DNA of 64,000 bases, from assembly GCA_900617105.1 (NCBI GenBank), contig UYFQ01000600.1, forward strand, positions 310,001 to 374,000, given 5' to 3'. The position numbers and the translations under genes were made by a program. The notes under the pieces are model-generated. The model made no database searches. It was not told where the DNA came from and saw nothing but the letters and a program-made list of their open reading frames with translations. Positions 57,000-64,000 of the stretch are shown here, in pieces; the stretch's first letter is position 1; the number at the start of each line of letters is the position of its first letter. This DNA comes from Hydrurus foetidus (Eukaryota).

Positions 57000-58604
57000 C
57001 CAAACAGGCCATGGATCCACCACTTCGGGTCCTCGCCCGTCCCGAACAGCCCCTGGCGAAAGATCCAGCGCCGCCCCCGTCCTCGACCCGGTAATAGTCG
57101 CGGATCCTGCCCGGCCCGGTGTCGTCGAAGTCGCCGCGCCACCATTCTGGCCGATGCGCTCGGGCCCCTCGGCCCGACGCACGCGGTGCGAGCGGCCGCG
57201 CCACTGGAACTGGACCGGCGGATCGTCGGGCAGCTTGGCCATCGCCGTGATCGGCTCGGGCCGCTTGAACAGCCGCACCGGCCGGGGGCGCTCCGGATCC
57301 CAGGTCTGGCCGGAGGGCGAGGCCAGCGGCGCGCGGCGGATCACCGAGCGTTCGGGCACGTGGCTCTCATACGGATCAGCCCGCCAGACGCGGTCCTCGC
57401 CCAGGCGGTTGATCAGCCGGTCGACCAGCGGGCGAGCGTCTCGTCGAGGCCCGTCCCGCCTGGCGTCCAGCCGCGCCTGCACGGCGCTCAGCGGTTCGAC
57501 GTCGCCGGCGAAGACCGTGACCACCTCGATGCCGAAGCCGGGGTCGATGACGTCCAGCTTGGGGACCATCAGCCGGGTCAGGCGCGCGGCGTCGCGGCCA
57601 GGCTCGCGCCAGCCCCGCCCGCACCGGCATGGCCTGCCGTCCAGGCGGTGAAAGACCTCGAACCGCCGCGCGCCTGGCCCTCGGCCTCCAGACGGCGGCA
57701 AATGGGCGGTGACGTCGCCGACCACCCGGGCCAGATCGTCGGGCGCGCTGATCGGCTCGGCAAAGGCCAGGCGGTCGAACCACGGACTGGCCGGCCGGCG
57801 ATAGACCAGGGCCTCGCCCGCCGCCCCCAGGGCCTGGTCCAGGCGCAGGGTCAGGGTCATGCCGAACCGCTTGGCCAGCTGGGCGCGGGGCAGGCCCAGC
57901 AACTGCTCGATCCGGAACAGACCCAGACGCGGCAACTGGGCGGTGGCGGTGTCGTCCAGCCGCAGGGCCGCCACCGGCAGCTGCGCCAGGCGCTGCCTCT
58001 GTCCGTTCGACGGTGCGATCTCACCCTCATCGCCAAATCGCGCCAGGGCCCAGGCCGCGCCCGGCGTGTCAGCGATGGCCGCCCGGGCCGGCACGCCCCA
58101 GCGCGCCAGTCGCGCCAGCAGGTCGGCCATCATCGTCGCCTCGCCGCCCCACAGGTGGTCGGTCCCGGTGATGTCGAGAACAGGCCGTCATCGCCGTCGA
58201 TGGCCACGGCCGGCGAGAACCGCACGCACCAGTCGCACAGGGCCTCCAGCGCGGCGCGGTCGGCCTCGGGATCATGGTCGGCCGTGACCAGGTCGGGCGC
58301 CAGCGCCATGGCGTCGGCGGCCTTCTGGCCGGGGCGCAGGCCCAGGGCCATGGCGGCCTCGTCGATGGCGGCCAGGCGGCGGGTTCCGGAGTCGGAGATC
58401 AGCAGGGCGAAGGGCGCGCGACAAGTCCTCCCCTGAGGAGGTGTCGGCAGCCGACGGTGGGGAAGTCGGCCAGCCTTGTGGGTACTTCACCGGCGCTTCG
58501 CCGCCCCTGGGGAGGACTTGTCACCAGCTCGTCGCAACCCGGATCCGCCGCCGCCAGGTCGTGATCGGCCAGTTGGGACACCAGACGGAAAGGATGCGGG
58601 CCAT
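56996..58604 (-). CDS. imuB: Y-family polymerase-like ImuB, frameshifted
   Basis: [81 protein letters not shown]. Confidence 0.9.
58420..58522. repeat. Palindromic repeat inside the imuB 5' coding region
   Basis: 14-bp TIR gacaagtcctcccc/ggggaggacttgtc. Confidence 0.8.
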
Positions 58605-59295
58605 GCGCGGCCTCCGAAGACTCCAAAACCCATGCGCCGGAGCGTCCGCCCCGGCAGCGCTCAAGTTCGACCCGCCAGCGCGGCGGGCCCAGGCCGGAAC
58701 ATCTGGCGGCGGCTGGCTGGCGCGCCGGCGATGCGCCAGCGGCTGAACGACGACGAGCCCGACACCGTCCGCGCCCGGCCGGCGGGACCGCCATAGGGCC
58801 GGCGGTGCAGCAGCACGCCGAAACTGCCGCGCTTCTCGCAGGCCAGTTGCAGCCGTCGGCCGGCCTTCAGCTCCGGAGCCTCGGCCTCGCCGATGGCGGC
58901 GGCGACGCCGACGGTCGAGAGGGCGTCCTCCAGCACCGACAGAACCTCGGCCTCGTCGCGGGCCTTGACCTGGATCAGCCGGCCGGTGGGAACGTCGAAA
59001 CCTGCCAGGCCCGGCGCGAACAGGTCGGTGCGCCGCATCACCCAGACCACCGCCCCGGTCTTCAGCAGCGGCCACGCAGGGCGGCGAAGGCGGCGGGGGC
59101 GGCGGAGGTCTCGTCCTCCAGCCCCGCCCCCATCACCTCGTGCCAGCATCCCGAGGGCAGGCCGCCGGCCGGAAAACAACCGTCGATCGCTGCATCGCCA
59201 AAGCTCAGGATCGGACTCGGAGTCCGGGCGCCTGCTTGCAGAGCAGCAATCTGGCCCTTCAATGCCGTTAGGCGCGCGTCGCGCGGGCCGGCCAT
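58523..59295 (-). CDS. imuA: ImuA (RecA-like accessory), frameshifted; 3' end approximate
   Basis: FGDAAIDGCFPAGGL..WHEV, DLFAPGLA, RRLQLACE, RWRVELERCRGG; first gene of the imuB-dnaE2 operon. Confidence 0.88.
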
Positions 59296-59309
59296 AATCC
59301 CAATCCTTT

Positions 59310-59324
59310 GTTCCCATTTTGTTC
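59310..59324. promoter_or_regulatory. LexA (SOS) box of imuABC
   Basis: GTTC-ccatttt-GTTC, perfect alphaproteobacterial GTTC-N7-GTTC. Confidence 0.9.
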
Positions 59325-59369
59325 TGATCTTATGGGCTTGGAGAGTCAAGCCGGGGCGGCCATGGTGCG

Positions 59370-59385
59370 TCAAACGGCCGTATGA
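59370..59385. promoter_or_regulatory. PsrA-like site upstream of the carboxylase
   Basis: TCAAAC-ggcc-GTATGA, one mismatch to TCAAAC-N4-GTTTGA. Confidence 0.5.
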
Positions 59386-59404
59386 AGCCCCTCCAGGAAC
59401 CGCC

Positions 59405-62400
59405 ATGTCCTTCCAGCGCGTGCTGATCGCCAATCGCGGCGAAATCGTCCTCCGCATCGCCCGCGCCGCCGCCGAGCTGGGCATCCAGAGCGTGGCGGTG
59501 TTCGCCAGCGACGACGCCGCCAGCCCGCACGTTTCCGCCGCCGATCAGGCCGTCGCCCTGCCAGGCTCCGGGGCCCGCGCCTATCTCGACATCGAGGCCA
59601 TCATCGCCGCCGCCAAGGGCGCGGGCTGCGACGCCCTGCATCCCGGCTATGGCTTCCTGTCGGAGAATCCCGCCCTGGCCCGCGCCTGCGCGGCGGCGGG
59701 GATCGCCTTCATCGGCCCGGCGCCCGAGTATCTGGAAACCTTCGGCGACAAGGCCGCCGCCCGCGCCCTGGCCGCAAAGCTGAACGTCCCCCTGATCCCC
59801 GGAACCGGCGCCCTGGACCTGCCCGCCGCGCAGGCCTTCCTGACCCAGCACGGCGCGATCATGCTCAAGGCCCGGGCCGGCGGCGGCGGACGCGGCATGC
59901 GGCTGGTGCTGGATCCCGGCGAGCTGGACGCCGCCTTCGCCGCCTGCGCCCGCGAGGCCATGGCCGCGTTCGGCGATGACGGCCTCTATGCCGAAAAGCT
60001 GATCGAAAGCGCGCGCCATATCGAGGTGCAGATCGTCGGCGATGGGACCGTGGTGCTGGCGGTGGGCGACCGCGACTGCTCCCCGCAGCGCCGCAACCAG
60101 AAGCTGGTCGAGATCGCCCCGGCCCCCAACCTGCCGGTCGCCACCCGCGCGGCCATGGCCAGCGCCGCGCAGGCCCTGTGCGCCGGCTATCGCGGTCTGG
60201 CGACCGTCGAATATCTGCTGGATACCGCCACCGGCGACTTCGCCTTCATCGAGACCAATCCGCGCCTGCAGGTCGAACACACCGTCACCGAGGAGGTCAC
60301 GGGCCTGGACCTGGTGCGCCTGCAGTTCGAGCTGGCGGCCGGCAAGACCCTGGCCGAGCTGGACCTGACCACCGCCCCGCCCGCCGTCGGCGCGGCGATC
60401 CAGGCGCGGATCAACGCCGAAACCCTGACCGCCGACGGACAGGTGAAACCCTCGTCCGGAACCCTCACCGCCTATGCCCCGCCCGGCGGCCCGGGCGTGC
60501 GGGTGGATGGCGCCGGCGCGGTCGGCCTGTGGGATGGGCGGGGCCTATGACAGCCTGCTGGCCAAGGTGATCACCCGGGGTCGCACCCCGACCGAAGCCG
60601 CCGCCCGTCTGGACCGGGCCCTGAGCGAGTTCACGATCACCGGCGTCGCCACCACCGCGCCGCTGATCCGCGCGATCCTGGCGCAGTCGGACTGGAAGGA
60701 CGGCGCTGCGACCACCCGGTTCATCGACGACCACGCCGCCGAGCTGGTCGCCGGGCTTCCCCTGCCGCCAGAGCACGCCCACGCCCACTTCGAGACCCTG
60801 GACGGTGCGATCACCGTCGCCGCGCCCCTGGCCGCCACGGTCGGGGTGATCGAGGCTGTCGAAGGCGATCTCGTGCGTCCCGGCCAGGCCCTGGCGGTGC
60901 TGGAGGCCATGAAGATGGAGCACCTCGTCCACGCCACTGCCGGCGGACGGGTGCTGAAGATCGCCGCAGCCCCGGGCCAGACCGTGGCCGAAGGCCAGCC
61001 GCTGCTGTTCCTGGAACCGGTCGAGATGGACGCCGCCGTCGCCGCCGACGCCGCGCCCGAGGATCTGGACGCGATCCGTCCTGACCTGGCCGAGGTGATC
61101 GCCCGCCACCGCTTCACCCTCGACGAAGCCCGTCCCGAGGCCGTCGCCCGCCGTCGCAAGACCGGCCACCGCACGGCGCGGGAAAATATCGACGATCTGG
61201 TCGATCCCGGCAGCTTCCTCGAATATGGCGCCCTGGCCATCGCCGCCCAGAAGCGCCGGCGTACGACCGAGGACCTGATCGCCAACACCCCGGCCGATGG
61301 GCTGATCACCGGGATCGGAACCGTGAACGGCGCGCTCTTCGCCCCCGACAAGGCCCGCGTCGCGGCCCTGGCCTATGACTTCACCGTGCTGGCCGGCACG
61401 CAAGGCGCGATGAACCACCGCAAGACCGACCGGCTGATGGCGCTGATCGCCGACCAGAAGCTGCCGGTGGTCTGGTTCGCCGAGGGCGGCGGCGGACGGC
61501 CGGGCGACACCGACACCACCAGCGTGGCCGGGCTGGACGTGCCAACCTTCCGCAGCTTCGCCCAGCTGTCGGGTATCGTGCCCAGATCGCCATCGTCGCG
61601 GGCCGCTGCTTCGCCGGCAACGCCGCCATCGCGGGCTGTCGGAGATCATCATCGCCACCCGCGACTCCAATCTGGGCATGGGCGGTCCGGCCATGATCGA
61701 GGGCGGCGGGCTGGGCGTGTTCAAGCCCGAACAGATCGGTCCCTCGGCCCATCAGTGGGCCAATGGCGTCATCGACATCCTGGCCGACGACGAGGCCCAC
61801 GCCACCCGGCTGGCCAAGCAGGCCCTGTCCTATTTCCAGGGGACGCTGACCGACTGGACCGCGCCGGACCAGCGCCGGCTGCGGGGCGCGATCCCCGAAA
61901 CCGCCTGCGAGTTCTATGATGTCCGTACGCTGATTACGGGTCTCGTCGACGAAGGCTCCTTCCTGGAACTGCGCGGCGGCTTCGCGGCGGGCATGGTCAC
62001 CGGCCTGATCCGCATCGAGGGTCGCCCCATGGGCCTGATCGCCAATGATCCGCGCCATCTGGGCGGGGCCATCGACTGCGACGGGGCCGAGAAGGCCGCG
62101 CGGTTCCTGCAACTGTGCGACGCCTTCGCCCTGCCGGTCCTGAGCCTGTGCGACACCCCGGTTTCATGGTGGGACCGGGCGAGGACGCCGCCGCCGTGCG
62201 CCGGGTCAGCCGCCAGTTCATCGCCGGGGCCAAGCTGCGCTCGCCGCTGTTCACCGTGGTCACCCGCAAGGGCTATGGCCTGGGCGCGCAAGCCATGGCC
62301 GGCGGCAGCTTCCACAGCCCGGCCTTCATCGCCGCCTGGCCCACGGGCGAGTTCGGCGGCATGGGCCTGGAGGGCGCCGTCAAGCTGGGCTACCGCAAGG

Positions 62401-62615
62401 AGCTGGAAGCCCTGAGCGATCCGGCCGAGCAGAAGGCCCTCTACGACCAGCTGGTGGCCCGGCTCTATGCGGCCGGCAAGGCGACCAGCATGGCCGCAGC
62501 CCTGGAAATCGACGCGGTCATCGACCCGGCCGACACCCGGCGCTGGATCGTGGGCGGTCTGGACGCCGAGAGCGGGTCGGTCAGGCCGTGGGCGGTGCGG
62601 GTGGACAGCTGGTAG
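59405..62615 (+). CDS. Single-chain biotin-dependent acyl-CoA carboxylase (BC-BCCP-CT), frameshifted
   Basis: LIANRGEI, HPGYGFLSEN, GGGGRGMR, ETNPRLQVEH; EAMKM biotin site; DFTVLAGTQG, GGGRPGD, RKGYGLGA. Confidence 0.92.
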
Positions 62616-62750
62616 GGTCGCCTTGCGCCCCGCCTTCACAGGACGCGGAAAGCCAACTCGCCCCTCGCAATCCCGCCGTCACCGCCTTAACTAGGCAGTC
62701 GCAGCGCCGGACGTCGCACGTCCTGGCGCCAAGTTGATCCGGAGTCGTCC

Positions 62751-63704
62751 ATGTCGTTGAGAGTCGCCGTCCAGATGGACCCCGTGCACGGGATCAATAT
62801 CGACACCGACACCACCTTCCAGATGGCGATGGAGGCCCAGAGCCGCGGCCACCGGCTGTGGTTCTACACGCCCGACAAGCTGTCGATGGAGGACGGCCGG
62901 GTGTTCGCCCGCGCCCAGTCGATGGTGCTGACCGCCACCCACGGGGCGCACGCGACCCTGGGCGAGATCGTGCTGCTCGACATGAAGGACGACGTCGATG
63001 TGGTGCTGATGCGCCAGGATCCGCCGTTCGACATGGCCTATATCACCGCCACCCACTTCCTGGAAAAGGTTCACCCCCACACCCTGGTGGTCAACAATCC
63101 GGCCGAGGTGCGCAACGCGCCCGAAAAGCTGTTCGTCACCGACTTCCCCGGCGTGCAGCCCCCGACCCTGATCACCAGCGACCATGAGGCGATCTACGAC
63201 TTCCGCGCCCGGCATGGCGATATCGTGCTCAAGCCGCTTTACGGCGGTGGCGGCTCGGGCGTGGCGCGGCTGCTGGCCGACGACCCCAATCTCGACGCCC
63301 TGCTGGAACTGCACGCCATGATCGGCCGCGAGCAGGTGATCGCCCAGAAGTTCGTGCCGGCCGTCAGCAAGGGCGACAAGCGCGTCCTGCTGGTCGATGG
63401 CGAGCCGGTGGGCGCGATCAATCGCGTGCCGGCCGCCGGTCAGGTGCGCTCCAACCTGCGGGTCGGCGGCCGGGCCGAAGCGGTCGAGCTGACCGCCCGC
63501 GACCTGGAACTGTGCGCGATCATCGCCCCGGAGCTGAAGCGGCGCGGCCTGCTGTTCGTGGGCATCGACGTGATCGGCGAATACCTGACCGAGATCAACG
63601 TCACCTCGCCGACCGGAGCCCAGCAACTGAAGCGGTTTGGCGGGGCCGACGCCTCGGCGGTGCTGTGGGATCGCATCGAGGCGATCCGCGCCGGCCAAGC
63701 CTGA
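62751..63704 (+). CDS. gshB: Glutathione synthetase
   Basis: [43 protein letters not shown]. Confidence 0.97.
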   Translation: MSLRVAVQMDPVHGINIDTDTTFQMAMEAQSRGHRLWFYTPDKLSMEDGRVFARAQSMVLTATHGAHATLGEIVLLDMKDDVDVVLMRQDPPFDMAYITATHFLEKVHPHTLVVNNPAEVRNAPEKLFVTDFPGVQPPTLITSDHEAIYDFRARHGDIVLKPLYGGGGSGVARLLADDPNLDALLELHAMIGREQVIAQKFVPAVSKGDKRVLLVDGEPVGAINRVPAAGQVRSNLRVGGRAEAVELTARDLELCAIIAPELKRRGLLFVGIDVIGEYLTEINVTSPTGAQQLKRFGGADASAVLWDRIEAIRAGQA

Positions 63705-63747
63705 CCTGGGATGACGTGACCGTCCTAGGGCGCTGATTTCCCGAAAC

Positions 63748-63762
63748 GTTCATTTTTCGTTC
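63748..63762. promoter_or_regulatory. LexA (SOS) box upstream of comM
   Basis: GTTC-atttttc-GTTC. Confidence 0.85.
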
Positions 63763-63791
63763 TTGCTACACCCTTCACCTCATGGTTCGTG

Positions 63792-63800
63792 TGTGGATAA
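63792..63800. promoter_or_regulatory. Consensus DnaA box
   Basis: TGTGGATAA = reverse complement of TTATCCACA. Confidence 0.45.
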
Positions 63801-63824
63801 CTCCAACCGATCCATGAGGCGGGC

Positions 63825-64000
63825 ATGGCCGCGAAGGTCGTCACGGTGGCGTTCGAGGGCGTCGAAGCGCGCCGCGTCGATGTCGAGGTGCAGCTGACCA
63901 GCGGCCAGCAGATCTTCGTCATTGTGGGCCTGGCCGACAAGGCCGTGGCCGAGAGCCGCGAGCGGGTGCGCGGGGCCTTTGCCGGCCTGGGGCTGTCGCT
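63825..64000 (+). CDS. comM: YifB/ComM Mg-chelatase-like AAA ATPase (3' truncated by window)
   Basis: TVAFEGVEARRVDVEV..IVGLADKAVAESRERVR. Confidence 0.9.
   Translation, partial: MAAKVVTVAFEGVEARRVDVEVQLTSGQQIFVIVGLADKAVAESRERVRGAFAGLGLS

Noticed and set aside
16455..58522. Repeats as a CRISPR array
   Set aside because: Copies are dispersed and palindromic, not tandem with unique spacers; no cas genes
1802..62615. Mass pseudogenisation or programmed frameshifting (gltDB, tkt, nadE, ftsK, galU, dnaE2 and others)
   Set aside because: Breaks are mostly 1-nt losses, often in G/C runs, and hit essential genes while codon usage and motifs stay intact; sequencing-consensus error is far more likely

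Overview
GC-rich alphaproteobacterial chromosome segment, very probably Caulobacter or another Caulobacteraceae (fzlA, GTTC-N7-GTTC SOS boxes, imuA-imuB-dnaE2, CtrA-like boxes). It holds mostly housekeeping genes: uppP, gltDB, a divergent citrate-synthase pair (one HTH-fused), a CDF transporter, hldE, fzlA, queG, galU, FKBP, threonine dehydratase, argE, purU, an rml/wzm/wzt/WbsX-RgpF rhamnan locus, tkt, nadE, manC/AGE isomerase/gmhB, transaldolase, mscS, DegT, MFS, a hybrid kinase, an ATP-dependent ligase, ftsK, imuABC, a single-chain acyl-CoA carboxylase, gshB and the start of comM. Many genes, including essential ones, are broken by single-base indels. I read these as long-read or low-depth consensus errors, so many boundaries are reconstructed and approximate. 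The most unusual elements are (1) a ~470-nt gene-free, densely base-paired segment downstream of gltB with its own minus-strand promoter, a candidate large ncRNA I do not recognise, and (2) a ~110-bp palindromic repeat family that has entered coding sequence three times in imuB-dnaE2, once demonstrably in frame. Several regulator sites can be read directly from the sequence (LexA, NadQ, PsrA-like, Fur-like, CtrA-like, DnaA). No rRNA, tRNA, CRISPR array, transposase or phage gene was seen.
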